From Pseudomonadota bacterium (GTDB taxonomy: Bacteria; Campylobacterota; Campylobacteria; Campylobacterales; Sulfurimonadaceae), in contig JAZDQA010000004.1 of assembly GCA_043797085.1 (NCBI GenBank), positions 96,001 through 160,000 on the forward strand: a stretch of 64,000 nucleotides of DNA, given 5' to 3'. The notes below the pieces were generated by a model. It was given only the letters and a program-made list of their open reading frames with translations, ran no database searches and was not told where the DNA came from. The position numbers were made by a program, and so were the translations under genes. The stretch's first letter is position 1. Each line of letters begins with the position of its first letter. Shown piece by piece: positions 18,951 through 28,605 of this stretch.

Positions 18951-20705
18951 TTAGAGCTCCCAATATTTCTTGCTAGTCATTAATTTCTTGATTTGCGGAG
19001 AAAGGTTTTGATCGGCTTGCCCAATCGTCCAAAGTTTTTTACTCAAAGAGCGTATAGCATTTTCAAAATTATTGTCAATCAGAGATAAAAAGGATTCGCC
19101 GGAAAAAGACTCTTCCAACAACTTTCTTTCTGCGTCAAAACGACAAAAAGCAATTTTGTAAAAATGGGTATTATCCAAACTGTGCAACATCATTTTTGAC
19201 CCTGTATCAAGTTTCGCCAAAAACCATAACGCACAAAACTCCTCTGAATAATGGTTGAGGACGTGGGTAGAAAAGTCTTCAAAGCTCTCCTGTTCACTGG
19301 CTTCATACTCATCGATAATCATCTCGATAACATTACCGATGTGTTCGATGGGAACCATCGTAAAAAGCTCTCTTCCCACACTGATCCCATTCGAGTGTTG
19401 TGCTCCAAAATAGATGCGTGCGGCTTTATCAACCTCTCCAAAACTGCTCGTACGCAATCCTATCAGCCCAATATCGCAGTGCTGATGTCTTCCACATCCT
19501 TTGGCACAGCCTGAAACACCCACTTGGATACGATGCTTTTGAATTTTATCCAGAGGCAATAAAAGTGCTTCATTTTTTAAATCCCAAAACGAAAATGGGC
19601 AATAACTGCTCCCTGCACACACAATTACTGTGGCGCTTTTGGGGAGATTTTCAAAAGGGGATGTTTTTTCAAAAAGCCCTAAAATGACAATATTTTGCTG
19701 GGTAGTGAGTCGCACTTCTGCTTCGTTTATATGGGCAAAAGTGGCGATTCGTGTAAGCTCATCGGGTGTTACACGTCCAAAATCACTCTCATAGCAAAAA
19801 GCATAGCTCCCGTCTTGAAGTTTTTCACTCTTCGAAAATTTTCTTTTTTCCAGTATCAGCGTCCCTGCAGTTTGCCACGTTTTTTGATACTCTTGTGCAA
19901 TGTATTCTTTAAACATTTCGATGCCGATCGTCTCAAGGAGATAAAAAAGACGTATTTGTGAGCGTGTCGTTCGTAACCCATGTTTGTTAAATGCCTCGAT
20001 AAAAGCACTAAAAAAAACTACGACTTCATCCGTGAGCAAGAATATATTGGCACAGCGGGCTATCTCAGTATTTTTGCCGCCCATATAGACGTTAAATCCG
20101 AAAATTTTATCTTTTTGTGCCAATCCAAAATAGAGATCATTAGCAAAAAATGAGGTAACATTCGCTCGATTTCCAGAAATACCGGTTGAAATTCTCCGTG
20201 GTAACATCCCAATTTGACGAGGAATTTTGAGGATAGTCTGTTCCATTTTCACAATAAGGGGATATGCCTCAATCTCGCAGGTTTCACCCAGACCGTCATA
20301 CACATCCGTCACGATATTTCGAACATTATCGCCAAACGTCTGCCATGTGGTGATTCCTGTTGCGTTAATTTGATGAAAAACACTCAATACGTTCTCGCTG
20401 GTAAGTCCATGCAGTTGTATTCCTGCACGTGCGGTCAGGATGATGTCAAGAGAATGAGACTTTGCAATGTGCGCAATGGAGTGAAGTTGTTGAACAGTTA
20501 TACGACCTGCCGTGATGCGCAAACGAAGAGTAAAATCTTCTTCATTCAGAGGGTTATTAAAAATACCAAAATCTTGAAGATAAAAAATGTCGGCTTCACT
20601 GAGTGCACTAAAATCAAGAGTTTCAATTTGCGGATAATAGTCATACGGAATCATTTTCGCTTTGTAGCGTTCCCGTTTATTCAGCTTTTTTTCGACAATA
20701 CTCAT
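18951..20705 (-). CDS. Siroheme nitrite/sulfite reductase (NirA/Sir-like)
   Basis: LRLRITAG, DNVRNI, RLTTQQN, CAGSSYC and SGCAKGCG cluster ligands. Confidence 0.85.
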   Translation of the reverse strand: MSIVEKKLNKRERYKAKMIPYDYYPQIETLDFSALSEADIFYLQDFGIFNNPLNEEDFTLRLRITAGRITVQQLHSIAHIAKSHSLDIILTARAGIQLHGLTSENVLSVFHQINATGITTWQTFGDNVRNIVTDVYDGLGETCEIEAYPLIVKMEQTILKIPRQIGMLPRRISTGISGNRANVTSFFANDLYFGLAQKDKIFGFNVYMGGKNTEIARCANIFLLTDEVVVFFSAFIEAFNKHGLRTTRSQIRLFYLLETIGIEMFKEYIAQEYQKTWQTAGTLILEKRKFSKSEKLQDGSYAFCYESDFGRVTPDELTRIATFAHINEAEVRLTTQQNIVILGLFEKTSPFENLPKSATVIVCAGSSYCPFSFWDLKNEALLLPLDKIQKHRIQVGVSGCAKGCGRHQHCDIGLIGLRTSSFGEVDKAARIYFGAQHSNGISVGRELFTMVPIEHIGNVIEMIIDEYEASEQESFEDFSTHVLNHYSEEFCALWFLAKLDTGSKMMLHSLDNTHFYKIAFCRFDAERKLLEESFSGESFLSLIDNNFENAIRSLSKKLWTIGQADQNLSPQIKKLMTSKKYWEL

Positions 20706-20782
20706 GCTTTTTTCTTACACAAAAAGTTCATAGAACCCCGATTTGTTTTGTCGTATTTTAGTTGAATTTAGGGGGAGAACTA

Positions 20783-20796
20783 TTGATGTAAGTCAA
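20783..20796 (-). promoter_or_regulatory. Fnr/Dnr-type box for the siroheme reductase
   Basis: TTGATGTAAGTCAA, 22 bp from TAAAAT (20755-20760). Confidence 0.78.
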
Positions 20797-20900
20797 TAAT
20801 GTCGAATTAGAAAGTAGGGAATAAAAATATGACAAGCAGAAAACAGTATAATCATAAAAGTAGGAGTTATTCATCTGAATTTTTTAAATGGAGGTTTGGT

Positions 20901-21881
20901 TTGAGATATTTATTTATATTTTTACTTTCTATATTGCCATTGTATTCTCAAATATTTTCTGTCGCAATTGACAATGATTATCTGTTTGCTTCAGATGATC
21001 ATTATACGGGCGGAATGCAAGTGGGGTGGATTTCAGACACCTATGATGATAATATTTCAAATTTATATGTTTCATCTATGAAGGATATGGTCTCATTTTT
21101 AAAGATAGCTGATTTTGAGGGGAAACATCAAAATGGATCTATCAACCTTCAGGAAATAATCATAACACCTAGAAATCTTTCTGAGGATAAACCCCTCTAT
21201 AATGATGTACCTTACGCAGGTGTTCTGTTGGCGAATTTTTCATATTTTTTATGGGAAACATCAATATTTGAGGAGTATAAAATCTCATTAGGAGCAGTTG
21301 GTTCCTATTCCGGCGCACAAGAATTACAACATGCTGTTCATAAGATTATTGATAATACAGACGCAAAGGGATGGGATAATCAAATCGCAGACAAGGTGCT
21401 TCTGCAAGCAGGGTATATAAAAGGTATTCGGCAATATGAAAAGAGCTTCTCTGGCGGAATGGGTTTTGACTGGTTCAATAACTACTTTTTTGATTTAGGC
21501 ACTGTTTATACGGGAGCAGGGTTCGGGAGTATTGTTCGTTATGGATACAATATGCCGAAAAGTTTTCCTCAAACGGGCAGTTTGCTAAACAGTTCACAAA
21601 ATGACCAGTTAAACCTCGATACGTATGATAAAAACTGGGGCTGGAGTTTAAATGCAGGTGTTGCGGTGGATGGTGTCGGATATTCATATCTCTATGAAGA
21701 AGCAAAACGGCGTGGGTATGAGTTCGATCGTTTTCGGATTATTCCCAGAGGGCAGCTTGGTATCGATTTTTATAAAAGAGATTTACATCTCTCTGTAGAG
21801 CTTTTTCCTTTTGGTCCGACAACAAGCAGTTTTAGATCGAATAGTTTTGGACGCATAGCGTTGACGTGGCAGATCAAATAA
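20901..21881 (+). CDS. Lipid A deacylase LpxR family (DUF2219) outer-membrane protein
   Basis: DND..DDHYTGG, D.PYAG, LQHAVH..GWDNQ motifs; probable TTG start after GGAGG. Confidence 0.82.
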   Translation: MRYLFIFLLSILPLYSQIFSVAIDNDYLFASDDHYTGGMQVGWISDTYDDNISNLYVSSMKDMVSFLKIADFEGKHQNGSINLQEIIITPRNLSEDKPLYNDVPYAGVLLANFSYFLWETSIFEEYKISLGAVGSYSGAQELQHAVHKIIDNTDAKGWDNQIADKVLLQAGYIKGIRQYEKSFSGGMGFDWFNNYFFDLGTVYTGAGFGSIVRYGYNMPKSFPQTGSLLNSSQNDQLNLDTYDKNWGWSLNAGVAVDGVGYSYLYEEAKRRGYEFDRFRIIPRGQLGIDFYKRDLHLSVELFPFGPTTSSFRSNSFGRIALTWQIK

Positions 21882-21892
21882 ATCATAAATGA

Positions 21893-22330
21893 CTACTTTT
21901 TTAAAAGCGAAGGAGCTGCAACTCCCAATGCGATAGCGGCTAAAATAAAGCCTGTTTTAGCGGCATAAAAAGTTGCCTGAGCCAAAAGCTCATACGAAGG
22001 AACCGGTGCGGAAACAAAATCGAGTAATGCAATAATAGTTTTAAATGCAAAAATCCCGGGAACCATCGGGATAACAGATGCAATGGTGATGATTTGATGC
22101 GGCTCTTTATAAATATTCGCAAAAACTTTTCCGATTGAACCGATAACTATCGCACCAAGCAAGGTGGCTAACTCAACACCGATACCGCTTTGTACCAGCA
22201 TACTTTTTACGGCAAAGCCGATTATCGCGGTGATGGCTACAAAAATGAGAAATCTTTTGGGTACGTTAAAGATAACGGCGAATCCCAGTGCCGCCAATGC
22301 TGCGAACAATGCTTCATAGGGAATAATCAT
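21893..22330 (-). CDS. Threonine/serine exporter small subunit (ThrE_2/YjjB-like)
   Basis: FAVIFNVP, IPMVPG, multiple TMs. Confidence 0.85.
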   Translation of the reverse strand: MIIPYEALFAALAALGFAVIFNVPKRFLIFVAITAIIGFAVKSMLVQSGIGVELATLLGAIVIGSIGKVFANIYKEPHQIITIASVIPMVPGIFAFKTIIALLDFVSAPVPSYELLAQATFYAAKTGFILAAIALGVAAPSLLKK

Positions 22331-23106
22331 ACGATGCTTCCTAGTAGTTTTAATCCAAGTGCAATGCCAAAAACGATTGCAAACGAGATCAAAAGTCCAT
22401 GAAGACCTCTCGCTAGTCCACTTAGATAATGTCCTTTTATGATGTCCTCAAACGTGTTTATAAGTTGTACTCCGGGTACTAGAAACAATACCGAAGAAGC
22501 CAATGCAATGTTCGTGTCCTCCAACACGCCAAGAGATGAAAAAAGTCCAACACAGACTGTAGCCAGAAGAGATGCCAGGGTTATACTCAGGAGAGGATTG
22601 AACTCTTTAGCGTCTAATGTTTTTCTGAGTGACGCAGCCAAGAATGTAGCGATAAAAGCTGTTGCAAATTCTGCTGTCGTTCCTTTAAAAAGTGCTGCAA
22701 ATGAGGCACAAGCGAGAGCAGCTGCAAAAACCTTTTGATACCCGGTAAATTGCTGATTTTGCGAGATTAGGTTTTTCGTCTGCTTTAATACATCCACAGG
22801 ACTGCACGCAGAACATACATTTTTTGTCAGCTTATAAATCTCGGACAGTCTTTGCATATCGGGTTTAAGCGTCCCTATGTGGACCATTTTGGTACGAAAT
22901 TCATTCCCGCTGACCAGTGTCATGGCAATGGTCTGCGGTAAAACAGAGAGATTGACTTTATCGCAGCCAAACGTCTGTACAAGTCTGGAAAGTGTCTCTT
23001 CTACAATACATATTTCAGCCCCGGATTCCAGCATCGTCTTGCCTACTAGAAGTGAAGCATCGGCGATTTGTTTGAGTTCTTCAATGCTCAGCTCTTTTTT
23101 TCCCAT
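22327..23106 (-). CDS. Threonine/serine exporter (ThrE/YjjP-like)
   Basis: LESGAE..VEET, LFLVPG..LIN...D...G..SG.AR. Confidence 0.87.
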   Translation of the reverse strand: MGKKELSIEELKQIADASLLVGKTMLESGAEICIVEETLSRLVQTFGCDKVNLSVLPQTIAMTLVSGNEFRTKMVHIGTLKPDMQRLSEIYKLTKNVCSACSPVDVLKQTKNLISQNQQFTGYQKVFAAALACASFAALFKGTTAEFATAFIATFLAASLRKTLDAKEFNPLLSITLASLLATVCVGLFSSLGVLEDTNIALASSVLFLVPGVQLINTFEDIIKGHYLSGLARGLHGLLISFAIVFGIALGLKLLGSIV

Positions 23107-23144
23107 ACAACTACCTTTGGCTTTCAATCAAATACAACCATAGT

Positions 23145-24518
23145 TTACAGCTGCATTGCTAAGTTGACGTTTTCGGCAGCTTTTACGAGAGGATACGATG
23201 TTGGCGCGGAAGTCAGCAGTGGCTGGGTTGCGATTTGCAGGGACAGAAGCGAAAAGACCGTCATCTTAGATTCGATCACCAAACCGATGAGATTGATCAT
23301 CTCTCCACTCTCCACTCCTCCGATGATTTGCCCGCCGATAATCTGACCGCTGTGACGCATAGCGACGAGTTTAACCGATTGTTTCGTTGCGCCCGGAATC
23401 GAAGCAGGGTGACGATTCATCCCCTGAAATGTTCCGGTGACAATATCAATACAGGCACATTTTGCCTGATCTTCCGTCAATCCGGCAGATGAGAATACGG
23501 TATCACCAATAACGGTCGAAAAGATCGCAATCGTGCCATTAAAGCCTTTTAGATACTCAAGCTTATAAAGCGAATTTCCAGCCGTACGACCTTCCGCTGC
23601 TGAAGTGGAGGCGAGCATCACTTTAGAAGGTTCACGGGTGATGAACTCGCGTCTAGCAGCACAGTCACCGACCGCAAAAATATCCTTGTTCGCCGTGCGC
23701 ATATACTCATCGACCCAAATACCGCCGTATCGTGCCAGCTTCAATCCTGCATCATGAGCCAAAGATGTGTTGGGTTTGTAGCCCGTTGCAAGAATGATCA
23801 CTTCTGAGTCAATCACTCTGCCACTGCACAGTTGAACACCCGTAGCTCGTTCGCCATTGTCTACGATGGTATCGACATAATCTCCCATCTCGAGAGCGAT
23901 TCCTGCATTACGAATAATGGCTTCCGCTTCGTGTGCAAGTTCTACGTCAAAAGCGGCTTTAAGGACTTGGGTGCTTCCCCCGATAATGGTCACTTTTTTA
24001 CCGGACAAGGCGAGTTCCATCCCCATTTCGATTCCGATGAATCCACTCCCTACAATGGTGATCGTCTGCTTATCTTCGATATACGTTTTGAGCTCATCAA
24101 TCAGGATTTTATTTTTAGGGATTGTAAAAACCCCCTTTAAATGGGTGGCACTTTCAAGGGCGGAATGGACAAAAGGTGTTGAACCTGTTGCAAATATCAA
24201 TTTATCAAAGGTAATCGCATGATGATCGCTGTAGGCAGTTTTTTCTTTTATATCTACTTTTTCGACTTTTGCGATGAGTCCTTTGATCCCCATCTTCATC
24301 CCTTGCTCGCAGGAGGAAATATTTTTTTCACTGCTTCCCAGCGTCGGTCCGAAAATATAAGGGATAGCGCAAGGGACGAGTTGTTGCTCATATTCGCGAA
24401 TGACTAAAATTTCTTTGTCAGGATAGTTGTTTTTTGCGGTCATTGCTGCAACACCGCCTGCAGGACCCCCGCCTATAATCAGGACATCGCACGTTATCGT
24501 TTCTAATTTTAGTTCCAT
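23145..24518 (-). CDS. FAD-dependent CoA-disulfide reductase/NADH oxidase family protein
   Basis: GGGPAG, single Cys (VPCAIPY), ATGS, GSGFIG, FAVGDC, dimerisation domain. Confidence 0.88.
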   Translation of the reverse strand: MELKLETITCDVLIIGGGPAGGVAAMTAKNNYPDKEILVIREYEQQLVPCAIPYIFGPTLGSSEKNISSCEQGMKMGIKGLIAKVEKVDIKEKTAYSDHHAITFDKLIFATGSTPFVHSALESATHLKGVFTIPKNKILIDELKTYIEDKQTITIVGSGFIGIEMGMELALSGKKVTIIGGSTQVLKAAFDVELAHEAEAIIRNAGIALEMGDYVDTIVDNGERATGVQLCSGRVIDSEVIILATGYKPNTSLAHDAGLKLARYGGIWVDEYMRTANKDIFAVGDCAARREFITREPSKVMLASTSAAEGRTAGNSLYKLEYLKGFNGTIAIFSTVIGDTVFSSAGLTEDQAKCACIDIVTGTFQGMNRHPASIPGATKQSVKLVAMRHSGQIIGGQIIGGVESGEMINLIGLVIESKMTVFSLLSLQIATQPLLTSAPTSYPLVKAAENVNLAMQL

Positions 24519-26344
24519 AGTGTCTCTTTTTTTAAAAGTTGTCGATTTTTTTTGGATACCGTGTGCATGTCATGGAGAATGCGTTTGAGAACATCGATTG
24601 TATCAATCGCAAACGCTCCCTTGTTGAGCATCACACACTCTGCACGCCCTGCCATCGCTGCGTCGGTCACTTCGGCACGACTGGGAAGATTGTTTTTCAT
24701 CTTACTTTCCAACACCTGTGTTGCCCAAATAACAGGTAAATGAGCCGCATCACAAATATCGAGCAGGGCTTCTTGAATATACGCCATATTCTCAAACCCA
24801 ACCTCGATAGCCAAATCCCCGCGAGCGATCATGACACCGCTTTTTTCCCACGTAAGGAGTTGTTTGATGATTTCAGGTGTATTGGTGATTGCCTGTCGGG
24901 TTTCTATTTTGGCAATTATACCGACATCGGTGCGATTGTTTTTGGCAAGAAGCATTTGAAGATCACGTATATCCGCACTGCTTTGGCAAAAGGAGAGACT
25001 CAGACTATCGGCAAAATCGAGAACTGCAAGGGCATTGGCATTGTCGACTTCGGTTAGTGCCGAAATTTGAATATTGGTATCCGGAAAATTAATCCCTTTT
25101 TCTTCTTTTAGCAAAGTCCCTCCCGCTTTTGAAATATCAACACGGCAGAGTATCGCGTCACCTTGATTCTCGATAACACTTAAGCCTATTTTTCCATCAT
25201 CTATGAAAACTTTTTCCCCCGCTTGGATCGTGCGGATTATCCCTTTGACGGTACAGCTGATAAGGGCTGGAATCAAATTTTTGTTTTCATCCAGCTGTGC
25301 AGATTTCCCTTCGATCTCCTTTTCGGTGATGGTGAGATGATCCCCGATAAAAAGGCGTATAGGATCTTTTTGATTTTGAATATTGTGTACCTTACCCTCA
25401 TGGCCGTCGCATCTGAGTTTGGTTTTTTTATCGATAAAAACTTTTTTATTAATGGTTCCCCGTGCATATGTTTCATCGATATGACTCAACAAAATGATCG
25501 CTTTTTTCTGGTTCACATCAACGATTTTTATGGACTTATTAAGCCTGAGTTTTTTGAAAAATTTTCCATCGACTGCTATTTGAGCGGAAATCTTTTCCAT
25601 TGTGACTTCATCAGTACATTCTCTCTTTGTAGCAGCATCGCCGTGATAAATGAAAATTTCTTTTTCTTGTTTATTGCTTCCGATTTCAAGAGGGATTTCA
25701 ACGTCACTTATTTTTCCGGTTCTAATTTTTGGACCGGCGAGATCGACAAAAATTTTGATTTTTTCAGATGCCTGAAGATGCTCATTGATTGAGATGATCA
25801 CATCCGACATTGCTTTCCATACCTGAATCGAATCATGTGCCGTATTGATTCGAAATACACTCACTCCAGCTTCTGCGAGTTGATGGATTAAAAGACCGTT
25901 GTTTTCTGCCGCATTGGAGGGAAGGGTTACCATTACGGTGGTAATTTGGTGACTGAGCTTGGAGCTTGCTTTTCCTCCAAAAATGGCTTTACTGTTTTTT
26001 GACGCGATTGTAATCGCCTCTGTGATTGAAAGATGATGAAATTCTGCCATGAGCTCTGGGCTGATTTGTTCACGTCCCAGTGAACTGCTAAGTTGATCAT
26101 AAAGGCTATCAACGCTTGCGGCGACATGGGCAAACGATCTCCCAAGTGAGGAAAGTGAGAGCGAAAAAAGTTTTTCTTGCAGTTGGGTTTGATCTTTTTT
26201 TCGTAAGAGCATATACTGATTTAGATTCAATAAGCTCTGTGACCTTGGGTACTCACTGTTCACTTCATCGCGTGCTGCCAGTAGATATTTTCGGAGGATT
26301 TCGATATCTCCGAGTGCAGATTCCATCACAAATTGATCCAGCAT
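24509..26344 (-). CDS. pyk: Pyruvate kinase (long form)
   Basis: RINTAH, DLAGPKIRTG, AKIET, MIARGDLAIE, WATQVLE, PSRAEVTD, VMLNKG. Confidence 0.88.
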   Translation of the reverse strand: MLDQFVMESALGDIEILRKYLLAARDEVNSEYPRSQSLLNLNQYMLLRKKDQTQLQEKLFSLSLSSLGRSFAHVAASVDSLYDQLSSSLGREQISPELMAEFHHLSITEAITIASKNSKAIFGGKASSKLSHQITTVMVTLPSNAAENNGLLIHQLAEAGVSVFRINTAHDSIQVWKAMSDVIISINEHLQASEKIKIFVDLAGPKIRTGKISDVEIPLEIGSNKQEKEIFIYHGDAATKRECTDEVTMEKISAQIAVDGKFFKKLRLNKSIKIVDVNQKKAIILLSHIDETYARGTINKKVFIDKKTKLRCDGHEGKVHNIQNQKDPIRLFIGDHLTITEKEIEGKSAQLDENKNLIPALISCTVKGIIRTIQAGEKVFIDDGKIGLSVIENQGDAILCRVDISKAGGTLLKEEKGINFPDTNIQISALTEVDNANALAVLDFADSLSLSFCQSSADIRDLQMLLAKNNRTDVGIIAKIETRQAITNTPEIIKQLLTWEKSGVMIARGDLAIEVGFENMAYIQEALLDICDAAHLPVIWATQVLESKMKNNLPSRAEVTDAAMAGRAECVMLNKGAFAIDTIDVLKRILHDMHTVSKKNRQLLKKETLWN

Positions 26345-26395
26345 AGTCGCTCCTTGGTATGGCCTTGCACCATTGACTATCATAATTATGGATGA

Positions 26396-26433
26396 AAACG
26401 ATTACATGGCGATTACTCTATGCCGTAAATCGT
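26396..26433 (-). terminator. Probable intrinsic terminator after rrf2
   Basis: Minus strand imperfect hairpin ACGATT..GGC/GCC..AATCGT followed by TTT; a second hairpin at about 26434-26463. Confidence 0.5.
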
Positions 26434-26464
26434 AACCAGATTCGAACACGGTTCTAGTTTGGTA

Positions 26465-26878
26465 TTATAATTTAGTCTCTTGATCTTGCAATAGTGAAGC
26501 CAATGTCGTAACGGTAAGCATCTCTTCGATCATCGCTTTTGGTGGGGCCCATTGACCGTGCAAAGCGCAAGGGTTGGACGCATCACATTTTTCAAATCCC
26601 AAAATACATCGATCCGATTCGAGAGGTTCGCCAATCGCTTCCAATATGTCAGATAAATGGATGAAATCGGCAGCTTTTGCCAAGCTAATTCCACCTTCAC
26701 GACCACGAGAGGAGTTTACTAACCCTTTTTTGACGAGATCGGTCACCATTTTAGTAAGGTATTTATAGGGTAGATTTAATGCTTGATGAAGTTCGTTAAC
26801 CGAATGAGTGGTTTCATTATGGCGATGAAGGTAGGTAAGGACGCGAATGGCGTATTCGGCGGTTTTTGAAAAATGCAT
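26465..26878 (-). CDS. Rrf2 family Fe-S transcriptional regulator
   Basis: YAIR, SSRGREGG..LA, C-x6-C-x5-C-x2-H ligands. Confidence 0.92.
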   Translation of the reverse strand: MHFSKTAEYAIRVLTYLHRHNETTHSVNELHQALNLPYKYLTKMVTDLVKKGLVNSSRGREGGISLAKAADFIHLSDILEAIGEPLESDRCILGFEKCDASNPCALHGQWAPPKAMIEEMLTVTTLASLLQDQETKL

Positions 26879-26934
26879 CTATTATCCTTCTTTAGCAGTA
26901 TTATACAATTTTTTAGGCGTTGAGGATGAGCAGA

Positions 26935-27198
26935 TTAGGGTGTAGTGAGGGGTAAATAATACGCCACCGCGATCAAAAAGAGAATAAGTATTAACCAAAG
27001 CGTTGGTATGACTCGGTATTTAAACTGAACTTCTTTTAAACCCATAAAATAATCACTTATCAATTGCCCTTTTAACAATGTGCTTAGTAATAAAATACCC
27101 ACCAAAAGCGTATTGATTAGTTTTAAATATCCTAATAAAAAAGCAAAAAGAGACAATACTATTAAAATAATCCAAATACGTTCTGCAATCTTTTTCAT
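26935..27198 (-). CDS. Small membrane protein, COX IV/NorF-like
   Basis: Three hydrophobic segments, KGQLISDYFMGL motif; follows norE. Confidence 0.75.
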   Translation of the reverse strand: MKKIAERIWIILIVLSLFAFLLGYLKLINTLLVGILLLSTLLKGQLISDYFMGLKEVQFKYRVIPTLWLILILFLIAVAYYLPLTTP

Positions 27199-27209
27199 TG
27201 TCACCATTC

Positions 27210-27809
27210 CTACCGCAGGATATAAACTAAAGGGAAAAGGACAATCCACAGTAAATCCACTAAATGCCAATAAAGTGCGCCTGTTTCAAGCCCTCTGCAA
27301 TTCTCAGGACTGTAGCCATGAATTTTTGTTTTTCGGTAAAGATTGAATAAAATAATGACACCCAAAGAGACGTGCATAAAATGAAACATCGTTAACAGCA
27401 GATAAAACATAAAAAATGTATTGGTACTGAGGGTAATTCCCTGCGCAAAGAAATGAGAAAACTCAGTGAACTTTAAAACGAGAAACAGAATCCCTAAAAG
27501 CATCGCAGCTAAAAGCCATTTTGAAGCAATGATACTTGATTCATAAGCATTGCTTTGAGCCATGTTTTTGATTTTTTGAACCGCTTTGACGATAAAAAAA
27601 CTGCTTGTAATTAAAATAAGTGTATTTATAAATCCGATACTTTGGTTGAGTAAAAGTTGAGAATCATTAAACATTTGCAGATTGACTCTACGTGAAAAAG
27701 CGTATCCTGTAAACAATAACCCAAACGTCAGTAACTCCACGTAGACGATGATCCAAATGGCAAAATCACCCGGTGGATAGGGCTCTTTTTGTGAAAGAAT
27801 TTTAGACAT
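27210..27809 (-). CDS. norE: COX III-like NO reductase accessory protein
   Basis: PGD..IW, NTLILITSS, FHFMHV, YWHLVDLLW. Confidence 0.85.
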   Translation of the reverse strand: MSKILSQKEPYPPGDFAIWIIVYVELLTFGLLFTGYAFSRRVNLQMFNDSQLLLNQSIGFINTLILITSSFFIVKAVQKIKNMAQSNAYESSIIASKWLLAAMLLGILFLVLKFTEFSHFFAQGITLSTNTFFMFYLLLTMFHFMHVSLGVIILFNLYRKTKIHGYSPENCRGLETGALYWHLVDLLWIVLFPLVYILR

Positions 27810-28593
27810 GTAAGCTTTTGGTAAAATGGAGTGATATTAGCTTTTCAAGCACGTCTAGGACATCCTCTTCATCACTGAGCGATTCGACAATCGAATGCAT
27901 ACACGCTTGATAAGGGTCAAAACCTTTTGTGATTAATTTACCTGCATAAATGAGTAATCGTGTTGATACCGCTTCTTGAATATCGCTGTCGCTTAGTCGG
28001 CGGATTTCACCGGCTATATCGACAAGCTTTTGGGCTGTAGTACTTTCTACTCCACTTTCTTTAATAATGATTTCTTTTTCTATTTCAGGTTTTGGATAAT
28101 CAAAACTCAGTGAAATAAAGCGTTGTTTGGTACTGGGTTTCATCCCTTTTAATACATTCTGATACCCTGGATTGTACGATACTACGAGCATAAAATCAGG
28201 ATGGGCAGTGATGACTTCACCGGTACGATCAATCGGTAAAACTCGACGATAATCGGCAAGAGAATGTAGTACTACCGTCGTATCTTTTCGCGCTTCGATA
28301 ATCTCATCGAGATAGCAAATGCCCCCGTTACGCACCGCCTTTGTCAATGGTCCGTCTTGCCAATACGTGCCGTTTTCATCGATAAGGTGACGACCGACCA
28401 AATCGGCGGCACTGAGATCATCATGACAAACGACAGTATAAACATCGCGATCCAGCTCTTCCCCCATCGCTTCGACAAACCGTGTTTTTCCGCATCCTGT
28501 CGGTCCTTTGATTAATATAGGGAGGTTCATCCCCGCAGCCGCTTTGAAAAGCTCAACTTCGTTACCTTGGGGTAAATAGTACGTTTTTGACAT
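27802..28593 (-). CDS. norQ: MoxR-type AAA+ ATPase (NorQ/NirQ/CbbQ)
   Basis: GPTGCGKTRF, YLDE, SYNPGYQ, STRLL. Confidence 0.93.
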   Translation of the reverse strand: MSKTYYLPQGNEVELFKAAAGMNLPILIKGPTGCGKTRFVEAMGEELDRDVYTVVCHDDLSAADLVGRHLIDENGTYWQDGPLTKAVRNGGICYLDEIIEARKDTTVVLHSLADYRRVLPIDRTGEVITAHPDFMLVVSYNPGYQNVLKGMKPSTKQRFISLSFDYPKPEIEKEIIIKESGVESTTAQKLVDIAGEIRRLSDSDIQEAVSTRLLIYAGKLITKGFDPYQACMHSIVESLSDEEDVLDVLEKLISLHFTKSLHV

Positions 28594-28605
28594 AATGGTT
28601 CTCCT

